Assembly: GCA_977018835.1 (NCBI GenBank)
Contig: OZ361261.1
Location: forward strand, 1,426,001 to 1,490,000
Direction: 5' to 3'
From: Minutocellus sp. GHC0000111
Lineage: Eukaryota
Length of the DNA: 64,000 nt
Shown here: piece after piece, positions 47,961 to 58,722 of the stretch
Layout of the letters: the number at the start of each line of letters is the position of its first letter
Numbering within the stretch: the first letter of the stretch is position 1
Program-made: the position numbers and the translations under genes
Notes under the pieces: model-generated
The model's database searches: none
What the model was told of the DNA's origin: nothing
What the model saw: the letters and a program-made list of their open reading frames with translations, nothing else

Positions 47961-49503
47961 ATGATGAGCCGCCTATCGAAGGAACGGGCCAAGCTGGTCC
48001 TGGCGACGTGCCTCGGGACGGTGGGTATGTTGGCCGCCCTTCTTCCAGAGGGATTATTGCCGTACCTTCTGTCCACAGGTCCAGCGTCTCGTCAACGCAA
48101 GCTTTCCCTCGGCACGAGCAAGGCACGACAATCCTGGGAGACAGCAAATGCCGGACGGGAGATCAAATATCTAGCCTTTGGAACCAGCGTGACCTGGGGA
48201 GCTGGTCTGGTCGGCGATCGATTCACCAATACCTATCCCAAGATCTTGTCGCCCAATGCCAAGAATCTGGGAATGCGGGCGGCCGGTGCCTACTTCCCTG
48301 CGATGTGTTTGCAGAGCTTGGTCACTTCCGATGACCAGTGTCAGATCGACGAGCACAGTGAGGACGATGAAGACTGCCACGAGACCATCTACGATGTCAT
48401 AATGCTGGAGTACGTCCGAAGGGCCTCGGACGAAGATGGCGCCAGTCTGCGCAAGCTGGCAAGTCGTCTCACTTCGCGATATCCGGATGCCCTCCTTCTC
48501 TTCATTAGCGACTGGCATCCTCGTCTCATCCACACGACCATCGGTGGTGGACCTCGTCCCACCGCCAAGGAAATCCGGGAGGGGGGCCCAAAAGTGGCGT
48601 CCGGCCAAGGACGTTATTGTCAAGGATTGGAATCGCAAGGTGAACAAGAATTTGCAATTGGATTCCCAAGAGTTCAAGGACACCTTCCTCCGTTCCATTG
48701 ATAGCGGCATCGAGTGGAACGGGAACGAAGTCAAGGCTCAGAATGAGGACATTATTGACATCGTGGCGAAGGAGTTTGGTGGATATGTCGTCAATCTGCC
48801 CCGTCCCGAAGAGGCTGCTGACTTTGTCAACTTTATTCATTACTTTGCTGAGGATTTCCATCATCTCTCTGATGATGGTCACGCGGCTGTGGCGGAAGAG
48901 GTACTGGAACTGATCGACGAGGTGGGAATCGTCCAGAATCCACGACTTGGTCCCTGGACCATCGAAGAGGATGGATCGGGTGCTGGAACTGACTCCTGTA
49001 TCAACTGGTTTGAGACTGGCTTTTCTCCCCTCTCCGTCTCGGGCAATAATATCACCATGCAAGAATTTTCCTCTCTCAAATTTGGCCTCAACTTTCCCAA
49101 CGGAGGCAGCATCCTTGTACACAATCCCTTCAACGCGCCAATGAGTTTGCATCTATCCTACATGACCACCGGTCCTCCTCCGAGCATCTATCCACCGTCC
49201 GAGGTGACTATCACTCCCATTGGGACACCACCCGAACTGCTATCGCCAAGTGAGGGCAATAAGTTCGCCCAACAGGTCAAGGAAGCTCAAATCGAACAGG
49301 CAGCAACGACGCGACAAACCGGCTCTCCTCCTACCATCATCGACCCAACATCGTGGGGTGAGGCACCGGTCCATCCCGCCCAGACCAGCTACGTCGGCAT
49401 CGTCATGCCAGGCGATAATGCAGTATCTTTAAGACCCCTAGAGAAGCGAGATCTGCCCTTCCGACTGATATCGACTGCTGTTAATCCGTGGCGTGAATTG
49501 TAG
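47961..49503 (+). CDS. Membrane-anchored SGNH/GDSL-like hydrolase or acyl-esterase; frameshift ~48590
   Basis: N-terminal TM, YLAFGTSVTWG (block I Ser), NLGMRAAG, DVIMLEY, and EDFHHLSDDGH (DxxH). Confidence 0.7.
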
Positions 49504-50030
49504 TGATCTAATAGGATGGAGAAGAAGCTATGACAAAGGTCGATGTACTAATAAGATATTGAAGATCATGTACAGTACATTACACATACCCATGTTTAGA
49601 GGTTTGGAGATACCGGTTATGCCGTTTGATCTACTGGTCGTCTAGCTAGGTACTTACGTGTAGCTAGAGTTTGTATTACCGGTATTTTCGAATTTGTTGC
49701 CACACCCACCACCGCGGGGCGGCGCGCGTGTGGCGGCGGCGCAGCGACATTTGGCTTTCGGAAAGACTTCAAACCGAAGGTAAGGCTCTTTTGACACCAA
49801 CACGAGCCGGCCCGTCCTTTCGGCCGCATAGTCGTTTTTGTTTGACAACCTGCGCATCAGACCCACTCAGAACTGTGGCACCCAAGAACAAATACCTAGT
49901 AACGATACAGTTCAAAAAAGTGAAAGCGACAAGCGAAAGCTTCTGCAATCAACAATAGCAAAATATCTGACCATCCGAATCAGCTGGCAGTACTCGTCGA
50001 CCTACTCGATTTAACGTATACTCGTCCAAC

Positions 50031-51992
50031 ATGTCGCTCAACATCAAGGCCGAACCCAGCTATCCGAATTGGTGGGTCCCACGGGACAGCCACACCGGTC
50101 AAACCATCAGCTGGACGACCAACCTATTCGCGTGCACCTTTATGCTGGTAGCGGCGCAGTACACATCGGCCGTTTGGGCCGTATCAGCAATCAAGGCAAG
50201 AAAAATGATGAAGCCGCCCACGACACAAGATTTAGACAATCATCGTGATCACGCAATGAAGGCGACGGCGACGACAAATCCAAAATTTTCCCTACCCGAA
50301 AAAAGATCACAGCGATTTGGTCTCGGGGCCGTGCTGGGTGGGCTCTATGCAATACAGGTGTGGATGTGCTGGCCCTCGGAGATCTGTCCCCTCGATGGAT
50401 CGTTGAGCGACCAAGGGCAGGTTGTTACCAGCTGTTATCCTGCCATCGACATGCTCAAGTCCATCATATTCGTCGCCGGTGGACCAGTGGTGTGCTTCAT
50501 CTATTGCTGGTTGGTATGGTCACCTTCTATCAATCCTGGCGAGAATGAGATGGGCGGTGGCGATGCATTTGAATCACAAACGACGCACAAATATTCGTCA
50601 GAGCTGCAATTGAAGGCATCTCATAGCACCGCCGGATCCAGCGATACCGACAGCAGCAGCTCTCGGTCTTGCGAGGATCACAACGCTACACCAAGAAGCC
50701 CCATTCCCAGCACCGACCTTGAATCTCAATATTCGTCTCAATTGATAAACACCGATGAAGATCAAGTCCAGCAAAACAAAAAGGAGAAACTGGAGGAAAA
50801 GCTAAAGAAGATGCTCCCCTACATAAATAATCTGAAGGTATTCATGACCTGGTACGTGATTACTGCTCACACCGCCCAAGTTCTGTTGGGTATGGCATTT
50901 ACCATCGAAACCCCAATCGAGACGCTGGCCGATAAGATATCCTGGGGCTCGCTCGCCTTTGTAATCAAATTCGCCGATTGCTTTTTGATGTCAACGTTCT
51001 TCTTCTTATCTGGATATTTTAGCCCTCGGGCTATGAAGAAGCGAGGAGTGGGAGAATTTTTATTTGAGCGAGCAAAACGATTGGCCATCCCCTTCTCGGT
51101 GTTCGCATATCTACTCTTTCCCTACGTGCTGGTCCCTCTCTTCATGATGCCCTTCTTAGGTCCGAAGTATGTCGCTCCGGTCAACGTCACTGGTGGTGAC
51201 GATACTTCCCTCTATCTTCGTGTACCAAGTGTCATGTGGTTCCTATTTCTTCTTCTAGCTTTCAACACAATTTACGCCCTTGGATTTGGTCCAAATTGGC
51301 ATGTCGAAATGCCCTGCCCATCTCTTCCAAAGCTGTTCACAATGGTGACTATTTGTCTGGGCATTATCAATTCTTGTCTGGGAATTGCGTTCTCGCCGAT
51401 GGTCAACGTTTTCACTGTCCCTCAGTTCTCTCTCCGAATTGTGACCTATGCGACCTTCTTCTATGGTGGATGCGTTGCGGGCACGAATAAGTGGCTGGAT
51501 GTGGTCCAGGAGCGACTTCAAGATCCTCGGATGGGAAAGAGGATCCGTTGTGGCGTCTACTCTACGGTTTTCGTCTCGTACATGGCCTACATGACTGTAT
51601 TCAGCCTCTTCTACTTTCCTCAAGCATATCAGATCTGGCCTCTCATTATATGCTACGTCCTAGATGGTCTAATCGCCATTTCAGCTTGTCTGGGCTCCGT
51701 GATATTTTTCAAGGACTACTTCAACTGGGTATGGAATCCAGCTACATTCATCATATGGTCGGGCACCTATGCCGCGTACATCTTGCAGACGCATTTTATT
51801 CTCCTCGGTGTCTACATTGTGCTTGCAATCGATCCTGCAAATAACCCATCAGCAGCAATGACCAGTACCTATGAGCTGAATGCAGCCATGTCTTGGCCCT
51901 ATACGATCCTCGCGTCAACAGTGGCCGTTTCCTGTAGTTTTGTATTTGGTGTCTTGATGCGCAACATTCCAAACTTTGACAAGATCTTTTGA
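50031..51992 (+). CDS. Acyltransferase-3 family (OpgC/MdoC-like) polytopic membrane O-acyltransferase
   Basis: YINNLKVFMTWYVITAH, FLMSTFFFLSGYFSP, FLFERAKRLAIP, MWFLFLLLAFN and YAAYILQ, with about 10 further TM helices. Confidence 0.85.
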   Translation: MSLNIKAEPSYPNWWVPRDSHTGQTISWTTNLFACTFMLVAAQYTSAVWAVSAIKARKMMKPPTTQDLDNHRDHAMKATATTNPKFSLPEKRSQRFGLGAVLGGLYAIQVWMCWPSEICPLDGSLSDQGQVVTSCYPAIDMLKSIIFVAGGPVVCFIYCWLVWSPSINPGENEMGGGDAFESQTTHKYSSELQLKASHSTAGSSDTDSSSSRSCEDHNATPRSPIPSTDLESQYSSQLINTDEDQVQQNKKEKLEEKLKKMLPYINNLKVFMTWYVITAHTAQVLLGMAFTIETPIETLADKISWGSLAFVIKFADCFLMSTFFFLSGYFSPRAMKKRGVGEFLFERAKRLAIPFSVFAYLLFPYVLVPLFMMPFLGPKYVAPVNVTGGDDTSLYLRVPSVMWFLFLLLAFNTIYALGFGPNWHVEMPCPSLPKLFTMVTICLGIINSCLGIAFSPMVNVFTVPQFSLRIVTYATFFYGGCVAGTNKWLDVVQERLQDPRMGKRIRCGVYSTVFVSYMAYMTVFSLFYFPQAYQIWPLIICYVLDGLIAISACLGSVIFFKDYFNWVWNPATFIIWSGTYAAYILQTHFILLGVYIVLAIDPANNPSAAMTSTYELNAAMSWPYTILASTVAVSCSFVFGVLMRNIPNFDKIF

Positions 51993-52236
51993 TTTATTTG
52001 GAACAGAGGGCAAAACTTCGATACCCTCTCTGTTGTGCCTTCTGTTCTCTGTAATCTACGTTGCGTATACTTGTTCTCTACAATTCCAGTCATCCTATTT
52101 TTAATATATTATACATGTGTTAAGTCGCTAAATGCAGGCACTCGCTAGCTACTACTAGTGATACAATCTATTATGAACACACTACAATTAGCTAGCTCTA
52201 TCTAGCTAGTAGCTCTAGAAAGGCTAGCTAGCTACT

Positions 52237-53541
52237 CTAGCTAATTTTCGCCATTTTTTGTCCAAAGCATTTATCACGGTCCTTGGCAATCCATCTCGGA
52301 GCCGTCATGTTTTCATTTATTGTCCCCGCTTCCAATAGACTGATCCAATGTACTGTTGCTTCATTCAAGTGTACGTCTGCCGTCGCAGAGTCATGCCAAT
52401 TCTGCCATCCAAACACGCAATGAAAGGGGCAATTGGTGAGAAATGCAGCGTGGCGCGACGGCAACACTTCCTCTACCGTTCGTTCCATCACTGAAGCGTA
52501 AATCTTCCAATATCTGCCTCTTGCCTGAGCACCTGGACTATCATTTCCACAGGGAATCACTGTGCCATCATCATTAACCTTTGGAGAACAAAATTTTTCA
52601 TCCAGTCCCAATATGGCCTTCTGTTGCCAGGTATCGTACTTGGAATTTACCACCAAAGTTGGAGTCAGTACATAGTTCACAACAATGGACCCATACAGGC
52701 ACATAAATGCATCTTCCGGCATAGAGAGTGATGCATAGTGCTCTCGACATCCATTGTTGATCGATGAAGTCGCGTTCCATGCCCGATAGCCCCATTGCAA
52801 CATCCGAAGGAAATGATTTACTGAATCGTAGCTCTTGTATGGTATCGAATACATGGAATCTCCGAACCCAGCCAATTTCGTCACCGAAGATAGCCTGGTT
52901 CGAAGATAGTCGATGTGAAGGTACGCTGTGAGGGAACCAGCGGAACATCCACCGTAGAGGACCACATCGGCCTCATCTACACCCTGTTTCTGAAGTAAGT
53001 GGTCTATGAGCGCATCGAGCAATCGTCTACCGCGATAGTAAATGGTTTCGTTCTTTCCAGCCGTTCCATTGTAGACAGAGATTGGATCGTCGACATTACC
53101 CGTCCAGCTCGTCCCATCACAATACTTGGCATACACAATGGTGTAATCCTGTAGGTAGGCATACAAGGCGACGTCCTCAATTCCCTCATCTCCAGATATC
53201 TGCGAAGGGTAGCTAAGAGAAGATCCCAGATGAGAATGGCTGCGATCGAGGCAGTTGGTGTCAGAGCCGCACCATCCGCCTCCCTCGTGAAACAAGAGGA
53301 CTTTGCTTGTATTGGAGGCGACGACAGGACGGCGGATGTAATAGCCGCCAGGTGATCCATCGAGGCACACGGCACCTTTGGTTTCTGCCGCCTCGGTCAG
53401 CAGAACCAGCTCGAAGGTGGTGGTGGTGGTGGTGGTCTGGGATGTTGACGATCCATTGCCGATGGTGGGGCTACTCGAACTGGCGTACAGCAGCAGTACT
53501 GCACCCAGCAGTATTGCATTGCATAATGAGCACAACCACAT
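52237..53541 (-). CDS. Pectin acetylesterase / Notum family esterase
   Basis: AVCLDGSPGGYY, EGGGWC, YCDGTSWTG, YYRG, GCSAG (catalytic Ser), NSKYDTWQ and CPFHC. Signal/anchor at the N-terminus. Confidence 0.9.
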   Translation of the reverse strand: MWLCSLCNAILLGAVLLLYASSSSPTIGNGSSTSQTTTTTTTFELVLLTEAAETKGAVCLDGSPGGYYIRRPVVASNTSKVLLFHEGGGWCGSDTNCLDRSHSHLGSSLSYPSQISGDEGIEDVALYAYLQDYTIVYAKYCDGTSWTGNVDDPISVYNGTAGKNETIYYRGRRLLDALIDHLLQKQGVDEADVVLYGGCSAGSLTAYLHIDYLRTRLSSVTKLAGFGDSMYSIPYKSYDSVNHFLRMLQWGYRAWNATSSINNGCREHYASLSMPEDAFMCLYGSIVVNYVLTPTLVVNSKYDTWQQKAILGLDEKFCSPKVNDDGTVIPCGNDSPGAQARGRYWKIYASVMERTVEEVLPSRHAAFLTNCPFHCVFGWQNWHDSATADVHLNEATVHWISLLEAGTINENMTAPRWIAKDRDKCFGQKMAKIS

Positions 53542-53811
53542 TTGCTGCAATCACACATGGAAAGATCCAGCAACATCTTATCTTTTTGCGACGACGATTG
53601 AAGATGGATGACAGACAGACTTGACTTGACGCTTTCGCCACTTTCCACTTTCCACAACGCGCGTTCATCACACGTACACTGCACCTGCCACCTGACCCGA
53701 CCTCTCCCCCACTCCCGTTCCACTGCTCGAGCTAGCAAGGAATTCCTACTGTAGCCCGTCCCAAACCATAAAGAACACATTATTTGCACAGTCTCTGCTA
53801 TTGCTTGCAAC

Positions 53812-55339
53812 ATGTCCCAGCGGGCGTATCTGACGCTCGCGTACGGCCCCCAGAAGCTGGGCACGCTCAGGCTCCTCATCGCCACCAACGTCGTGCCACG
53901 CACGGCGCGAAATTTCCTCACCCTGCTCCAACGGACCGAAACCGATGAAGAGGATGGATACCTCAACTCCACCTTCCATCGGATCATCAAGGGATTTATG
54001 GCACAGGGCGGTGACTTTGACCGCGGCGATGGCACCGGCGGCAAAAGTATCTACGGGCCGTCCTTCGCCGATGAGAACTTTGTCCTCGGCCACGACGAGC
54101 GGGGTGTCCTGGCCATGGCCAACAGCGGTCCCGATACGAACGGCAGCCAATTCTACATCACGTTCCGCCCGACTCCTCATCTCGATGGGAGGCACGTGGT
54201 ATTTGGGCGGGTGGATCTGAACGATTCCGAGAGCGCCGCCGTCCTGGATGCGCTGGAGAGGGTCAGTACCGGGAGGGAGGATCGGCCCAAGATGGTCGTG
54301 AGGATTGTTGACTGTGGAGTGGAGGGTAGTGGCGCTGACAATAAAGTGGCAGCGGCATCGGCAGAGGTTTCGAAGGTGTCTGCTCCTGCTGGCGCAAAAG
54401 ATGCCGATGAGATTGATCTTGACGACGATGATGACGAAGAGGGGGAGGATGAAAGTGGACTGAAACCGCCGGCACAGGCGCCTGCGGCTGCTGCCACGAA
54501 GGATACTGATGAGATTGAGCTCGACGATGATAACGAAGACGAGGACGAAAGTGCGATGGATAAACAAAACAAGGAAGAAGAAGAGGTCGCATCACCTCCT
54601 CGCAAGGGTTCCAAGGCGGCATTGCAGGCCAGACTTCGGAAGCTAAAGATGAAGATGAATCAATCCCGCCAGCTGAATACAGTCCGAGGGAGAGCGGCTG
54701 GGTTCCGAGGAGGGTGCGGCGCAGCATCGACGGCAGCAAAATAAGAGGGATCGGGACAATCGTAAGAAGGAATGGGAGGCCATGAGCGGCAGGGCTGCTG
54801 AGAGCGCTGCCAGGGCGGCTGCGACTGTTGGAGGAACAGGAGCAGTGGACGATGCCAATGTGAAAAGGCTAACCGATCAGGCATCGGACGTACTGCGCAA
54901 GGCACAGCGCAAGGCCGATCGGGCGGCGACCAATCGATATGAGATTACCGACACGTACAATTCCGAAGGACAGCAGCGGCATTATGAACGCAGCCTCAAG
55001 TCGGTACCAAGGGGGATGACTCAGGCACACTCGGTGGCGGCCTCGGGATTGGAGTCGGGAGCTGTGTACGATCCTCTTTCGTCCCAGCTTGATGCCGATT
55101 CTCACGAGGCTGCGGTTACGTCGGAACGGGCCGGTGCACGTCGCCTTGCTGCCGAGATGCATCGGAGAGCGGCAAAGAGCGATGCCAGTCGGAAGAAACG
55201 AAGTGCTGTGGAATTCGATGCCACCGACATATCCGGTATCAACAAGCGGAACAAGAGATTCAATGAAAAGATCGGAAGGAACTTCGATGCCCACACCGCT
55301 GAGATTCGGCAGAACTTGGAGAGAGGAACAGCCTTGTAG
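53812..55339 (+). CDS. Cyclophilin PPIase fused to SYF2 splicing factor domain; frameshift ~54690
   Basis: Cyclophilin motifs FHRIIKGFMAQGGDF, MANSGPDTNGSQF and HLDGRHVVFG. Acidic linker. SYF2 motifs RLRKLKMKMNQSRQLN and INKRNKRFNEKIGRNFDAHTAEIRQNLERGTAL. Confidence 0.85.
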
Positions 55340-55459
55340 GGTTGTGGTAGCGATTTGTATCAACACCTACACTCATAAATTTCCTTTCTATGCCTTCAAT
55401 GCGTATGTAGCCCGAGCGTACAGAAAACAAAGAGGAAAACTATGCATGTCATTTTAGGG

Positions 55460-56683
55460 TTAGTATTCAAGATCTGGATACTTCTCCAATATTTTGTCAA
55501 TGCCTCTCTGCAACGAAATTGCCCTTGCAGAGAGGTACCTCGACATCAATACATCGGACTTTCCAATGTCGTCTGCACCTGATGAGGATGTGGACACGGC
55601 ATCATCCAAAAAACTGGCCAATAACGAATATACATCCAATTCATTTCTGTCTGATATCGGTTTCGCAAACTTCATCAGGGCACTTTCCTCCCGACTCATT
55701 GCCATCGTTTTCTCGTCTGGCGTTGCTAAATTTTCTCGGAGCATGTAGATTGCCGACTTATCGACGGAGCCGTCAGGATAAACCGCTACCGCCACAGATG
55801 GGCTGCCCATCAGCCTTATCTCCACCATTTCGATGTTGCACGGATTATTCTCCATTACAAAGCCATAATCGCAGAGCGTGTCGATGTTGGACAGGGCCCC
55901 ATAGCTGATTTTTACCTCCTCGTCGGCTTTCCAACTTCGGTTTGTTGCGAGGTCGAGGATGCCATCTTCACTAATTGCAGCTGAAGTCGCCACCGATGGA
56001 TCATGGTTGAGGAAGTCGAGAAGAGGAGTGTTGGAATAGCGATAGTCACTAAGGAAGTTGGCCCGAGAAGAAACGCAAGCGTGTGCCCGGGGATCTAGCT
56101 CTTTCCTCTCATCGGTGGCAATCCTTCGCTCGACCTCTCCACCGTCGAGCCCGAACAGCAGGTCACGACGTTCGTCGGTCCAAAACCGAGGAAAGTCTTT
56201 GAAGGCACTCAAATCGGGCGGTAACATTTGTAAATAAGGTGCATATTCCGATTTGGGTCCAAGGGATTTCTCATGGAAAAGCTTTTCTGCCAGTGTTTCC
56301 TTCGTGTTGGCCACAAGGCAGGCATCGAGTGGGACGCTCAGGATGCTACCGGCTGGAAGATCCGTCGGCGAGGTCAAATATCGGTAGTTTGAGTCGATGC
56401 CTTCTCATTGGAGAGGAGACGCGATGCCTCGAGACTCGCACCACGAGAGGAAGGGGGCGTCCGGGATCATCTTGACGTATAGAGGCGTTGCGTTGGCTGA
56501 TGATGATGATGATGAGTTGGCTGTAATTGAACTATGCCAGGGTCTGACCGTCGTCACAGGACGAGCGAGTAGTAGAGAAAAGATCCGCGTGTCAAGGACG
56601 TTTTCCGAAGGTTTTTCCGAAAAGGGCCTTGAGAGCTTCAAGGTGCGATAATACGTCAGAAAGATCACCTGCCGGGAGAACAC
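55460..56683 (-). CDS. SET-domain lysine methyltransferase, Rubisco-LSMT/SETD3-like; disrupted ~56390, start uncertain
   Basis: FLSWCESRGI, ILSVP, YAPYLQMLP, PLLDFLNHD and ISYGALSNIDTLCDYGF. Confidence 0.75.
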
Positions 56684-58042
56684 GTCATGTCGCGGGCGAC
56701 AACACTACGAGGGCACTTTCTGTTTGATTTTTTTTGGTCCCGGCTTCGGCAAAGTTTTTTATGTTGGCGATGTCGGCGACTCAAGTTTGTTGCGAATTTA
56801 TGTAGATCTGAAAACATAAAACATTGGCGGTGCCGCCTCGCTGAAACTTCAATCTTCTTGTAACTTGTTTTACACTGCTGCTGCGAAGCTTCTCTCATCC
56901 TTCCCCAGCGCTGCTGCTAGCTAGCTAGCTACATGTGGCACCAGTGCAACTTTTTTCCTGCTAGTAGCTAGCACCAGCACGGCAGACATGCTCTAGTAGT
57001 GCAGGTAAAATGGTGCTTGTACCTTTTAATAAGGTGCTCAACATCCAATCTCCAAATGCCCGGTGCATCCACTCAAAGTCTGCTCTCGGTGCCCTTCGGT
57101 CCGGGGACACTGTGATCCTCAACGCTGCCTCCGATGGCCTCACACCCCCGCATTGGCCTCATCCGCGGCAACATGAAACGATTCGACCAAACACCAGCAT
57201 CTCAGCAGCCGATCGTTCCTCCTCCCAAGAAATCTGAAAACATAAAAGACAACGGGGGGTGCCACATGTTCCTTCCTTCAGTGGATGCATGTAGCACATG
57301 AGTGCCCCGAATTGTTGGCCGCCCTGCGCCGTCATCTCGCGTCGTCCAACCACCCGAGCCAAAATTGCCCCAGCCTCAAATCCATCCCAAATCAAGAGGT
57401 GCTGACATCCAACCACGCCGATTGGATGCCGTTTGTTGATGTTGTTGACGTGGCCGAGTGTCACGACTGGCGTGACCATTCCGGCAGCCTCCGGGACATC
57501 CGCGCCCGGGCACAGTCCTTTTGGCGCTGGCCGATTCCTTGTCGACATCAAAAAAAAACACAGAGGAGCGAGATTGTGAGCATGCCGGCAGGACAGTGGT
57601 CTTGCTTCTCAGAAGACCGACACAAACAGCATTCTGACAATGGGGAGTCCTTGCCTTGTCGCCGCTTTCAAATTGTGGAAACAATGCATCTTCAGTCATG
57701 AAAACTTTTATCTTCTTATCTTCAAACGGCGAAGTGTGCCACACGCTTTTAGCTCTCGCGGTGAAGTTAGCGAAACGGCCTGTCCGTCGTACGAATGTCC
57801 TCGTAGTGCCTCACAAATCACAAAAGACACACTGTTTCGATTGCAACACCACCGAGAGAGAAGAACAACTTCCAGATGAACGTAGAGAACAACATTGGTA
57901 GAAACAGTCACACACATGTCACCAGCATGCATCATGCCACACCTAGAATTTACCACCACGGCATGGTGATTAAATGAACTCGATTAACAGGTCGCTTGCC
58001 AAGATCGATTTCCACACATTGTTTGCAAAGGTCATTTGCTGT

Positions 58043-58150
58043 GAGATCGTTAATGCAATTCGTTTACCAAGGTCGTTTGATGACAACGCACATAGCAGAG
58101 ATCGTTAGTGCAAGTCGTTTACCTAGGTCGCTTAATGACAAAGCACACAG
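58043..58150. repeat. Degenerate direct repeat, 55-nt period
   Basis: gagatcgtta(a/g)tgcaa(t/g)tcgtttacc(a/t)aggtcg(t/c)tt(g/a)atgacaa(c/a)gcaca(t/c)ag at 58043 and 58098. Confidence 0.8.
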
Positions 58151-58722
58151 AAGAGGACGTTTGCTGAGGTCGATTAGCATGGGTAAAAATAATCACTTAA
58201 TCAAAGACACCCGGTGTCTTGTTTAACGAATTCGACAATGACCAGCCCTTGACTAATCCATGGACTGCATCGTGGCGATCCACACCAATGGTTACCACTA
58301 CTTTGAGAGTTCAAAGCTCAGGGAGAGCTTGGGTTGGCACATACGAGCCTCGCACATCTCCTTCCAACAATCATCCACTGTTATCCGGGTGCAATGGAAG
58401 CACTGTAGATTTCAATCATGCGCACACGGCCGCTCTTGTCCCAAATTTAAGAATAAGAATGTGTTCTGTTGTGGGCAAGAGGATTTGAGCGTGATAGTAG
58501 GCTATCCATTGACCGAGGGAAAGCTTTTCTCGGTCAAGTTGCTGATAATGCATGATGTCAAACATTAAGTCGGGCCATGGTGGCAAATGTCATCGGGGGC
58601 TCAATGGAATCATAGTGCCATTAATGTGTCTTCTGTGTAACCAAACATCAACTATGCCCTATCTATCTATCTATAGATACAGACATAGATATACAACATA
58701 TATTATTGCATGTGCGAAGATT

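Noticed and set aside
36967..56683. Functional link between the two SET-domain genes and the H3 mimics
   Set aside because: Both look like non-histone SET types (SETD9-like, LSMT-like) and lie 7-9 kb away among unrelated genes, so proximity alone is not evidence.
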